DNA of 26,085 nt from Nitrososphaeria archaeon. GTDB lineage: Archaea > Thermoproteota > Nitrososphaeria > JACIWG01. The stretch covers positions 1 to 26,085 of the forward strand of contig JBEKIG010000021.1 in assembly GCA_050011875.1 (NCBI GenBank), given 5' to 3'. This document shows positions 9,061 to 18,211 of the stretch, piece by piece; the stretch's first letter is position 1, and each line of letters opens with the position of its first letter. A model generated the notes under the pieces. That model had not been told where the DNA came from, did no database searches, and worked only from the letters and a program-made list of their open reading frames with translations. The translations under genes were made by a program, and so were the position numbers.

Positions 9061-9582
9061 TTGAAATTGGAAGATGCTAGGGCAGAAGTGTTAAATAGAA
9101 TTAGTTTAGCTTGTGGTTTCGAAGTCAAAGAAGAAGATTTATCACCTGGCCTTAGAAAATCTATCACAAGCATTTCGATGACACTTAGACAACTTATAGT
9201 AATTAAACAACTTCTTCTTGTTGAACAAACAAATTACAACCGTTTTAGTTCAAGATTATTAAGATCTGTGACTGGAAAGAAGGATGAAGAGTTAGCTAAC
9301 TATATTATGCAAGTGGATATTTTGCAACGAGATCTTAATGGCAAAATAGATTTAACTGCAAAATTAGTTTGTGAAGAAATAGAAGCTGGATGGGCTTCAC
9401 CAAATTCCCCTCAAAAAACTAATACTTCGAATATATTTATAGAACCTTTGAAATGTTTGAGTTGTGGAGCACCCTTAAACATTCCATCGTTTCCGTCAAG
9501 AATCGCTAAATGCGAACATTGTGGAACAGAATACGCTTTCTCTGAATATTTGGAAAGACTAGGAGCTTCAATTAAATCTTAA
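9061..9582 (+). CDS. Hypothetical helical protein with a C-terminal zinc ribbon
   Basis: TTG start 11 nt after the bPH gene. LKCLSCGAPL...KCEHCGTEY. Confidence 0.7.
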   Translation: MKLEDARAEVLNRISLACGFEVKEEDLSPGLRKSITSISMTLRQLIVIKQLLLVEQTNYNRFSSRLLRSVTGKKDEELANYIMQVDILQRDLNGKIDLTAKLVCEEIEAGWASPNSPQKTNTSNIFIEPLKCLSCGAPLNIPSFPSRIAKCEHCGTEYAFSEYLERLGASIKS

Positions 9583-9721
9583 TTCATTATTTGTGTAAGT
9601 ATCTGATACCCGATTATGCTGAATGAGCTTATCAAACAAAAAAAGTCGGTCTATGCTTAAACCAATAGATCGATTATAAGCCAAGTCGAAGTGCCAATGT
9701 AGTAAGTACATCCATGGGCAT

Positions 9722-10195
9722 CTGGGCGACTTCGCTACCATGTCCGCCTCTACCGACAACGTAAGGTATTCGATGAAGCCCGCTTCATTCGACGTCCCTT
9801 GGCTGTTCAGACTTGGGGCATCGCTGGGCTTGGCCAACACAGTCGAAGGAATTGCGCTCACTCTCTCCGGGATTGCGTTTCTTGGCTTGGGAGGAAATGC
9901 CGGTAAGATCTACATATTTGGCTTTGCCTATCTGGTTCTGGCAGGGGTGTTCAACCTCTTAATAGTGCGCGAGCGTCATCATTTCTGGGAGTCACGACCG
10001 AGCAATCTTCTAGTCATCACAGTAGCCGCTGAGATTCTGATCGTTTGCGCGGTCTCACTCGTAGGCTTTCTTGAGCTCTCACCCATTGGGGTTCTTCCAT
10101 TGGTTGTGTTGCTCGCCTTTTCCGCAGTTGCTTCGTTCGCCGTAAATAATCGGCTCAAGGTGTTTTTGCTGCGTAGATTCAGCGGTGGCCGATAA
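9722..10195 (+). pseudogene. C-terminal fragment of a plasma-membrane-type (P3A) H+-ATPase
   Basis: LGDFATMSASTDNVRYS.KP, VRERHHFWESRPS..L and VNNRLKV match the terminal TM region. No upstream catalytic domains. Confidence 0.8.
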
Positions 10196-10254
10196 GTCCA
10201 AGATATGACTTAGTTATGGCGTGAAATCTTTCTTCTTGACCGATATTGTATCCA

Positions 10255-10333
10255 ATCCCACCGAACTTGAACCTAATTGTCCTCCTAATAATTTACCAGT
10301 AGATTAGTGCTGAAATCCCAACCCCCCGCACCA
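10255..10333 (+). repeat. Dispersed direct repeat, copy B, ending in a tRNA-Leu 3'-end (att-like) sequence
   Basis: ATTTACCAGTAGATTAGTGCTG followed by AAATCCCAACCCCCCGCACCA. The typical archaeal tRNA-Leu 3' end is GGTTCAAATCCCACCCCCCGCACCA. Confidence 0.8.
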
Positions 10334-10577
10334 AGATTAAGCCTGAATATCGCTACGTTCATTACTCTTTGAGCAGATTTGAACTTCTTCCAATATAGCT
10401 CTAGAAAGTTCTAAATGTTAGAGCCCATTATTGGATAGGAGCTCTAATATGTCATACGCAAGATGGTCACGAAAAGGTTCGAGCTCCTTTCTTGCCCATC
10501 CGGCCTTCGAATTACTAGGATGACCCGAATAAGGAGTGATCGAAACGTATAATAACCGGTTCGAATTGTTACTCAGT

Positions 10578-10922
10578 ATGACTTCAAAACTCCTCAGCGT
10601 GGCGGTAATGGTCTCCGACGCGAAGAAATCGGCGAAGTGGTACGCCGAGAAGCTCGGCTTCGAAACCTCAACCGAGGATGACCACTGGGTGACCGCCTGG
10701 CCCAAGGGAGCAGGCTGGAAGCTGCACTTGTGCCAAGGAAAACTCGAACCTGGTAATACGGGAATAGGATTCTACAGCGACGACGTGGAGAAGACTGTGA
10801 TCGACCTCAAGAAGAAAGGAGTGAAATTCGCCCGGGATTACACCAAGACGGACTGGGGCGAGAATGCTCAGCTCGAGGACCCTGACGGCAACATCATCTG
10901 GATTAAGAAGGGTAGTCCATAG
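10578..10922 (+). CDS. VOC family (glyoxalase/bleomycin-resistance) protein
   Basis: VAVMVSDAKKSAKWYAEKLGF, F.SDDVE.....LKKKGVKF, WG..A...DPDGN. TATAATAA about 23 nt before ATG 10578. Confidence 0.9.
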   Translation: MTSKLLSVAVMVSDAKKSAKWYAEKLGFETSTEDDHWVTAWPKGAGWKLHLCQGKLEPGNTGIGFYSDDVEKTVIDLKKKGVKFARDYTKTDWGENAQLEDPDGNIIWIKKGSP

Positions 10923-11039
10923 AGTGTGTAAGAGGTAATCTCTCTCACAATCTACCATAACGAAAATGTTTGTTCGTCTTGTTAACGAGAAGAATTGACT
11001 CTTGCTCTGATGCCATCTCAAGCATCAAAAAGGCTTTGA

Positions 11040-11119
11040 TCCCCAACGGACTCGAACGCCGTTTTCTTCTTTGGCCATTATTTACCAGCAGAATAAGGTG
11101 CGAATCCACCCCCGCACTA
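11040..11119 (+). repeat. Dispersed direct repeat, copy C, ending in a degenerate tRNA-Leu 3' end
   Basis: CCAACGGACTCGAAC...CATTATTTACCAGCAGAATAAGGTGCGAATCCACCCCCGCACTA. Confidence 0.75.
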
Positions 11120-11314
11120 TAATTTATTTTCATCATAATACATTACGTTCAACTCTTTTCTTAGTAAAGTTTGATAATATCTTTCCATCTCATTACGTAT
11201 CTGGACTTCCCTTCTAACTGCAGCACTATCGATTTCCAACCTTATATTAAGAATCTTAGATGGCAACATTCCACCATATAGAAAAAGCCAATCCTTTATA
11301 AAAAATACTGTCAA
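11117..11314 (-). CDS. Small hypothetical protein (possibly from internal MLPSKIL)
   Basis: Helical-looking 50-65 aa ORF whose stop codon abuts repeat copy C. Confidence 0.35.
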   Translation of the reverse strand: MTVFFIKDWLFLYGGMLPSKILNIRLEIDSAAVRREVQIRNEMERYYQTLLRKELNVMYYDENKL

Positions 11315-11415
11315 ACTTTTTTAAAAAATATTTCTAAAGGATTATTTTTGATCTGCAGGAACTATCATATGCCTGCAATAATCATTAATATAGTGATAGC
11401 CATATTATGTTAGGC

Positions 11416-11575
11416 TTGTTCATATGTCTTGTTTATCGGTTAAGACCCTAAAAATATGCGAGTATGCCACTGGGAAAAGCCCCAAGGTGATGCCCCAGAA
11501 AAACGTCCTGCGACAATTTTGCAATCATATGAACAATTTTATGAACCAAATGAACAAAAAAATAAATATATGAAC
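11416..11575 (+). promoter_or_regulatory. ATGAAC operator-like array
   Basis: ATGAAC at 11529, 11541, 11550 and 11570. Perfect 11-bp inverted pair TTGTTCATATG (11416-11426) / CATATGAACAA (11526-11536). Confidence 0.6.
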
Positions 11576-11592
11576 ATTAATACTATTTGAAT

Positions 11593-12870
11593 ATGGTAAG
11601 AAAGATACCGCCCGACGTGGAGGATGCTGTTTTAAGGTATTGGCTAGAAGGCCACAACTATAGGGAAATATCAAAAAAAACTCTAGTCAGTGTAGGGAAG
11701 GTATCCGGGATAATAAACAGGAAGCGTACAGCAGCTCCTGATCTAGATGAATTGAGAAAATTCCTCCTTTCTGTAAGGACGCAGAAGTCATCATACATCG
11801 ATATGTTAAGGGGTGAAAAATTCCTCGAAAGGTTAGACCAGTTAGGTGTCAGTCTAGGGCAGGTGGATGCCTGTGTAAAACTGCTTAACCAGTATAGAAA
11901 AGAAGCTGGACATATACTGGCGCTCCTCGATAGACTGAATAGGCTTGAAGGAACATCTGGTAGAACATATCAACAAATAGTTGATGATTCATTTGAAAAG
12001 GCAAAAAGGCTAGAGGAAAGTGAGAAGCGAATAAGAGAGCTGAAGGCAAGGGAGGAGGATATCAGAACTCATTTGTACGAACTTGAACGCTTAAGGGAAC
12101 TCAGCCTTAAGATGCAGGATAACCAACTTACGCCATTAAACCTGGACGGGTTCATCGACCACAGCAGGAAGTTATCACAGTTTGGGTTCATGCTGTCCAC
12201 TGCAGAACTCCTTGCCGCTGAACTATCAAAAGTTGATCTTGATCCAAATAAGGCTGCCGCAATTTTAGCTGACGCCATAAATCAGTATCAAGAGCTGGAG
12301 AACGGTTTACGTATTTTGAGAGATGAAAAACGGCTTACAGAGCAAGCGGTCGAAGATGAGAAGATCAAGCTCAGAAGCCTTAATGAAGAGGTCGAAGACG
12401 CTGTTAAGCGTTATAACCTCCAAACAAATCTAATAGAAGAGAGCAGATCAGTATCGAAAAAGCTTGAAGAAACGTATGAAAAAATGAGTAAGCAACTTAA
12501 ACTAGATTATGTTGGAACAATATCATTGAAAACAGCTGAAATTGAAGATCTTAAGAGGAAAAAGGATCAGTTGGACGGAGAAATATTTAGTCTCAATATG
12601 AACAAGACTTTAGCTGAAACCGAGGCCGGAAAAGTCATGGACAAGGTAGTTCACATAAGGAAGTTGAACCTGTTATCTTGCTTGCTCAAAGACCCCAAGG
12701 TCGAGTATGACTTGCGTGAAGTCCTCGAACTGGCAAATACCTTCGTAAATGCAATATATGTTTACTTGGAAAAACATACAACCTACCCAGGTTACTTTAC
12801 GACTAAGGGTAAAATTAGAGACCTCAATTCTTCACTTTTAGGGTGGCTCAAGGTTGCAAGCGAAAGCTAG
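11593..12870 (+). CDS. N-terminal HTH plus long coiled-coil protein
   Basis: VLRYWLEGHNYREISKKTLVSVGKVSGII is a classic HTH, followed by extensive heptad repeats. ATG 11593 is preferred over TTG 11587. Confidence 0.8.
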   Translation: MVRKIPPDVEDAVLRYWLEGHNYREISKKTLVSVGKVSGIINRKRTAAPDLDELRKFLLSVRTQKSSYIDMLRGEKFLERLDQLGVSLGQVDACVKLLNQYRKEAGHILALLDRLNRLEGTSGRTYQQIVDDSFEKAKRLEESEKRIRELKAREEDIRTHLYELERLRELSLKMQDNQLTPLNLDGFIDHSRKLSQFGFMLSTAELLAAELSKVDLDPNKAAAILADAINQYQELENGLRILRDEKRLTEQAVEDEKIKLRSLNEEVEDAVKRYNLQTNLIEESRSVSKKLEETYEKMSKQLKLDYVGTISLKTAEIEDLKRKKDQLDGEIFSLNMNKTLAETEAGKVMDKVVHIRKLNLLSCLLKDPKVEYDLREVLELANTFVNAIYVYLEKHTTYPGYFTTKGKIRDLNSSLLGWLKVASES

Positions 12871-13318
12871 TGTAGGACGAGAACTGTTACGATTCTTTCA
12901 AGAATCGGAAGACATTTTAGAAAATTTCGAAGGATTTGATGAACTGCTGGAAAGGAGGCTAACGGAGTTGCTGAGAAATGATCTAACCGAAGGTCTTGAA
13001 GGTTACTTGAGATGGATGAAGAAACGAGCTGATAATATCTCGTTAGCGAACGAAACAGACAAAAACATGTGCGTCTGTTTCATTAAAGGAAAGAAAGGAT
13101 ACAACATCTACCCTATACACAGAATAGCGCTTCCTAATAATTTTGACATTGTTCTGCTTTATGATGAATTCGAACGGATTGTCAATGCTGCCATAGACGA
13201 CGTACAAAATGGGAGAGCCGACCATTCTCTGAGATTAAGTGTAGAAAAATTGGTGTACGATTTGGCAGAGTCAGATATTAATCAATGGGTAGGGGGAGCT
13301 GAACCTAAGAACGTGTGA
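12854..13318 (+). CDS. Hypothetical protein, overlapping and likely co-transcribed with the HTH-coiled-coil gene
   Basis: 154-aa ORF with a 17-nt overlap and protein-like composition. No family recognised. Confidence 0.55.
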   Translation: MQAKASVGRELLRFFQESEDILENFEGFDELLERRLTELLRNDLTEGLEGYLRWMKKRADNISLANETDKNMCVCFIKGKKGYNIYPIHRIALPNNFDIVLLYDEFERIVNAAIDDVQNGRADHSLRLSVEKLVYDLAESDINQWVGGAEPKNV

Positions 13319-13389
13319 TAAGTTTGAAATTAGGACTTGCCTTGTATCCTTTTACGAGTATATGCGGAAAAAATACTGTTTGGCGGGTA

Positions 13390-14142
13390 CTAATCCCCCC
13401 AGTGACCTATTTTGCAATCAGGGCAATTCGGATTTGCTTTTAACTCTATTATATCAAAACTTGTATATTTGCCATCGTAGACGAGCAATTTATTTTTTAA
13501 TAATCTTCCAATCCCCGTAAAATATTTGACGACTTCTGTCGCTTGAATCGTACCTATTAGGCCTGCTATAGAGCCTAAAATTGGAAACTTCTCTGGCGGA
13601 GGCGCTTCTTGAAATATGCATCTCAGACAAGCTGTTTCCCCAGGGACTATAGTGGTGACTTGCCCCATAAATCCACGGACAGCCCCGTGAAAAAATGGTA
13701 TTTCCTTCTTCAGTGCAGCTTTATTGAGAGCGAACCTTGTAGGAAAGTTATCCATGGCATCTACTATGGCATCTACATCGCTTACTAAATTAAGAACGTT
13801 GGTTTCGGTAATAGCCTCACCTATAGCCTCCACTTCCACGCGGGGATTTATCTGAATCAGCTTTTCACGGGCTGATTCTACTTTTCTTCTTCCCACATCC
13901 TTGTCCCAATGCAAAAGTTGCCGATTCAAATTGCTGAGTTCAACAACATCTTTATCCACAATTTTCATTTTCCCAATGCCAGCAGCAGCCAGATAAGCAG
14001 AAATTGGAAAACCTAAGCCTCCGGCCCCAGCTACAAGAACGCGTGCTTCCTTAAGTTTTTCTTGCCCCTCTTTGCCAAAACCAGATATCCTTATTTGTCT
14101 ATCGTACCTCTCAAGCTCATATTTTGTTAGCATATGACACAC
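13390..14142 (-). CDS. HesA/MoeB/ThiF family adenylyltransferase (E1-like)
   Basis: RYDRQI, VAGAGGLG, D.VELSNLNRQ, DAMDNF..R, ACLRCIF, CPDC. Confidence 0.95.
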   Translation of the reverse strand: MCHMLTKYELERYDRQIRISGFGKEGQEKLKEARVLVAGAGGLGFPISAYLAAAGIGKMKIVDKDVVELSNLNRQLLHWDKDVGRRKVESAREKLIQINPRVEVEAIGEAITETNVLNLVSDVDAIVDAMDNFPTRFALNKAALKKEIPFFHGAVRGFMGQVTTIVPGETACLRCIFQEAPPPEKFPILGSIAGLIGTIQATEVVKYFTGIGRLLKNKLLVYDGKYTSFDIIELKANPNCPDCKIGHWGD

Positions 14143-14399
14143 GCCATCTCCTAATTGTCAATACCATCTTTTATCTTTTAAAATGAAGAATGCTCCTCTG
14201 CAGAAATACTTGGGATTAGATCGCTGATTTTGTATTCGAACTCCTTATGAAAAAATCCGATGCTGAAGAAGCCACAGGATATGAGGCTATGGTTTACCTT
14301 TCGACAGCAGCAGTTGGTCCATAAATGTAAAATGTTTGTAGTTTCTGCCGTTGACCAAAAAGTAAAGAAGGGCACAAAGTGATCGGACAAACAGATTGC

Positions 14400-14977
14400 T
14401 TAGTGGTTTTGCCAAAGAAACTGCTGACTCCTGTTGCCGCGACGTATGCATCCATTTCTCCCTGTCGTACAATAGAACTGCTGTAAACAACGCCCTCAAG
14501 ATGTTTCTCTACGGGAAGAGATTCGCCAGTTAATGCAGACTGATCGACCAAGAGATATTCACCATCAATCAATTTAGCATCAGCTGGAACGATATCCCCC
14601 AAACGGATTCGAATGACATCATCTGGTACAAGTTCCCTAGCAGGAATTCCAGTCCATTTGCCGTCACGTAATACTTTCGCCTTGAGTGCTAACCTCTCTT
14701 TCAACAACTCAATTGCATTTTCAGCCTTGTTTTCTTCCCAAAATCTTATCGATGCATTTACCATTAACAGTGCAAAAATGACACCGAAGTCTTCCCAATG
14801 TCGAATTAAAAGCGAAAGGACAGCTGCTGCCTCAATCATCCAAGGAATAGGGCCCCAAAAATTCATAAGGAACTTTGATATAGCGCTGGCTTTTTTTTCG
14901 GCAATCTCATTCGGACCAAACTTTTGAAGGCGTTCTGTCACTTCAGAAGAAGAGAGACCGACCTTATTTGAAATCAA
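14400..14977 (-). pseudogene. N-terminal fragment of a P3A H+-ATPase, truncated before the phosphorylation domain
   Basis: GLSS.E...RL..FGPNE, FWGPIPWMIE, LVPDD...LGDIVPAD, DQSALTGESLPV, TGVSSFFGKT. Homology stops at about 14400 and there is no DKTGT motif. Confidence 0.85.
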
Positions 14978-15125
14978 AAAGCCTCATATAATTGAAAGCT
15001 TTATGTTGCTTATTAACTCACAATACTACACAAGGCGCAAGGCATCATGCATGGGAAATAATTTTCACTTAACCGGCAAAAGTATAGATATTGAGCTGCC
15101 AAGGAGAAATCAATTCTTTTTTTCA

Positions 15126-16409
15126 TTAAGAAACAAGTTGGACTACATCAGAGTAATCCTGCAAGAACTTATCAACGTAAACACTGTCAGGAGGGATGAC
15201 TAGATCGGGGCACACTTTGGTTCCTGTCAATTTACAGCCCTCTTTAATGCGTACCGCGTTCCCAATGACAGAAGTGGATTCTATAACTGTCGGCTTCTCA
15301 AGGCATGAATCGATAATAGTTTTCCTGCCTACAATGCTATCAGATATTTTAGCATGATCTCCTATTTTAACAGCGTCCATGATCGCAGATCTTTCTATCG
15401 TTACATTTTGTCCAATTATTGAATAGTTATCTATATTGGAGTCTGATATCCGAGTATAGTCGCCTATCGTAGTGTGCCTACCAATAAGAGCTGCTCCTTC
15501 GATTGAAATCTTTCCCTCTTTATGTTTTGCGATAATCTGTTGCCGTCTTATTTGAGATTCGTCGCTATATCCTTGTACCCAAACATTCTTATTTGGAAGA
15601 ATCCTTTCTTCCGTGACTCTTATGTCCAACTTTCCATGGAGAACATCGACCATAGCTTTAAGATAATTCTCTGGCGTTCCAACATCATACCATACATCCA
15701 GTTTATATCCATAAACTGGAAAGTCGTTTTCAACAAGGAAGGGTATGAAGTCGTATCCAAAGTCAAACCTTTTTTTCTCTTCTACCATCTTTCTGATCCT
15801 ATCACTACTTGCAATAGTTCGTACTTCTGGAGATAGGAGATAGATACCTGCATTGATCAAGTTACTTCTATTTTCTTTAATAGATGGTTTCTCTACAAAC
15901 TTCTTGACCCTCAAATTGTCGTCAGTTTCGACTACTCCATATGCTTCAGGATTATCGACTTTTACTAGTGCGATCGTCACCAGTGCCTTCTTCTCTTCAT
16001 GTTTTTTGACAAAATCTTCTAGGTCGATGTTAAAGAGGTTGTCACTTTGTACAACGATTACTGGGTCCTTGACGTCATAATATTCGATGTTTAATCTATA
16101 TGAATCGGCATTTCCTAAGTCATCAAGGTCGGTCTGGTGCTTAATATGAACTCTTGGGTGAATTCCATATTTTGCTGAAAACCCTACTCCCTCACCATAT
16201 TGATCAAAGATGTTTGTATAATTGGTAAAACCTTTTTCCCCAAAAATGAAATCCCTTATGCCCTGTTCTGCTAAAGTTGCCATCGAAAACTCAATTAAGG
16301 GTCTGTTCAAAAATCTTACAACTGGTTTTGCAACATCTTCGGATAGAGGCCTAAGTCTCATTGCTTGTCCTCCTACAGGGATAAAACATTTTATCGGAAG
16401 CAGGTTCAT
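15126..16409 (-). CDS. NDP-sugar pyrophosphorylase/nucleotidyltransferase with a left-handed beta-helix C-terminus
   Basis: GGQAMRLRPLS..VAKP, YGVVE, FVEKP, INAGIYLL, WYDVGTPENY, and hexapeptide repeats. Confidence 0.9.
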   Translation of the reverse strand: MNLLPIKCFIPVGGQAMRLRPLSEDVAKPVVRFLNRPLIEFSMATLAEQGIRDFIFGEKGFTNYTNIFDQYGEGVGFSAKYGIHPRVHIKHQTDLDDLGNADSYRLNIEYYDVKDPVIVVQSDNLFNIDLEDFVKKHEEKKALVTIALVKVDNPEAYGVVETDDNLRVKKFVEKPSIKENRSNLINAGIYLLSPEVRTIASSDRIRKMVEEKKRFDFGYDFIPFLVENDFPVYGYKLDVWYDVGTPENYLKAMVDVLHGKLDIRVTEERILPNKNVWVQGYSDESQIRRQQIIAKHKEGKISIEGAALIGRHTTIGDYTRISDSNIDNYSIIGQNVTIERSAIMDAVKIGDHAKISDSIVGRKTIIDSCLEKPTVIESTSVIGNAVRIKEGCKLTGTKVCPDLVIPPDSVYVDKFLQDYSDVVQLVS

Positions 16410-16807
16410 GCAGATATTGATTAAAATGCTTATTTTTTAATCTTCCTAGTAATCTTAAAAAATTAGAGACGAAAACCCTTTTACTGTGTTTTGAGTTTAG
16501 GAATTACCTGACCGAGGTTTGTTTGACATTTTTCTTCTCATTCAAGGCAGTCAAATACATTAGGTAAAATTATGTTGCCGTCTTTAAATATTAAAACTAT
16601 TTTATGGCTAAGTCTGATCTTGGAATTGTGGTTATGGTCTATCTATTTCTACCGCTAAGGTCAGCATCTGTCCACCAAATAATATAAAGAAAACCGCACG
16701 CGTCTCAAAACAGGGTGAATCTCAAGGGCCCATGCTCAAGCTTGAATTAATCGCCGTTAACCTTAACTTGGAATGCGTGGTGTTAAGATGCGTGAGGAGA
16801 TATTTTA

Positions 16808-18181
16808 TTGAAGAAAACAAAGATCATATGCACTCTGGGTCCCGCTAGCTCTTCAAAGCCGATTATTGAAAAAATGTTCCAAGCTGGCATGAACGGCGTA
16901 AGGATAAACACCGCTTACGGAAATCTCACTCAATATCAGTCAATTATAGAAGCGGTGAGGGAAATTGCGGATATCCCAATAATAATTGACATCAAAGGCC
17001 CAGAAATCAGAATCAAGACCTCTCAACGAAAGGTCTTCAGCAAAGGAGACGTTTTGGAAGTAGGCTTCGACGGAGAAGAAGTCCATTTCAATCACGATTT
17101 CTATGACAAAATGAAGGTTGATGACGAGGTATACATCGACAATGGAAAAATTAGAACACGAGTAGTTGAAAAGAAAGACCGAAAACTTCGCCTTCTGACC
17201 TTGGACAGCGGTGCCATAGAAGATGGAAAAGGAGTTAACATTCCCAATAAGCAGCTTTCAGTTCCAACCTTCACCGAGAAGGACTTAGAGATTATAAGGT
17301 TTGCAAAAAAACATGACGTCGAATACATTGCACTTTCATTCACAAGAAATGCAGAAGACGTGAAAAACTTGTCTCAGACCAATAGTTTTGAGGGCGGAAT
17401 AATCGCCAAGATTGAGAACACTGAGGGTGTTCAAAACGTCGAAGAGATTTTAGACGCCGCTAGTGGATTAATGGTTGCAAGGGGCGACCTGGGGGTTGAA
17501 ATCGAACCTGAAAGAGTGCCTCTGATTCAGAAATCATTCATCAAATTAAGCAATCAGAAGGGTAAACTGGTTGTCACCGCAACAGAGATGCTTGAATCGA
17601 TGATTCATCAACCCAATCCAACCAGGGCTGAAGTCAGCGACGTAGCAAACGCCATACTAGACGGGTCTGACGCTGTTATGCTTTCTGGCGAAACAGCGGT
17701 TGGTCAGTATCCCGTTGAATCCGTTGAGATGATGACTCGGATAGCGAATGAAGCAGAGAAAGCTGTCAAGAGCAACGTTGAAGATACTCCGTTCATCAAC
17801 ATTTCTGATACGGTGAGCAAGGCAATCCAGAGAATATGTCAGAGCATGCCCGTTCACAAAGTTATCCCTTTGACGCGGTCTGGCTACACTGCCCGAATGA
17901 TAGCTCGCTTCAAAATTGCTCAGCCGATAATTGCTGTCACTCCTGAAATTAAAGTTAAAAAACAACTTGAACTCACATTCGGCGTGTACCCAGTTCTGAT
18001 AAACTACCGCGAAGAAAAAGACCGAATATCAGCAGTTGCAAACCAACTCTATGAAATGCGTCTGGTTGATGATGAAGAAACTGTCTTGTTCACCGCGGCT
18101 ATGAGAACCACTATGGCACACGCTAGCAACTCTATAGAGATACATAGAATTAAGGAATTGAGAAAATTTGCGTCTTCCTGA
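16808..18181 (+). CDS. pyk: Pyruvate kinase
   Basis: KTKIICTLGPAS, DIKGPEIR, IAKIE, MVARGDLGVE, ATEMLESMI..P.PTRAEVSDVANAILDGSDAVMLSGETA. Confidence 0.97.
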   Translation: MKKTKIICTLGPASSSKPIIEKMFQAGMNGVRINTAYGNLTQYQSIIEAVREIADIPIIIDIKGPEIRIKTSQRKVFSKGDVLEVGFDGEEVHFNHDFYDKMKVDDEVYIDNGKIRTRVVEKKDRKLRLLTLDSGAIEDGKGVNIPNKQLSVPTFTEKDLEIIRFAKKHDVEYIALSFTRNAEDVKNLSQTNSFEGGIIAKIENTEGVQNVEEILDAASGLMVARGDLGVEIEPERVPLIQKSFIKLSNQKGKLVVTATEMLESMIHQPNPTRAEVSDVANAILDGSDAVMLSGETAVGQYPVESVEMMTRIANEAEKAVKSNVEDTPFINISDTVSKAIQRICQSMPVHKVIPLTRSGYTARMIARFKIAQPIIAVTPEIKVKKQLELTFGVYPVLINYREEKDRISAVANQLYEMRLVDDEETVLFTAAMRTTMAHASNSIEIHRIKELRKFASS

Positions 18182-18211
18182 GGGCTGGACATTCTTTGGT
18201 GAAAATGAGTT

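Noticed and set aside
10313-10333. Possible intact tRNA gene
   Set aside because: Only the T-loop-to-CCA portion is present, with no 5' acceptor strand, D arm or anticodon arm. Treated as an att-like remnant.
7193-11119. CRISPR interpretation of the three repeats
   Set aside because: Spacing is 0.7-3 kb with genes in between, the copies are degenerate, and there are no cas genes.
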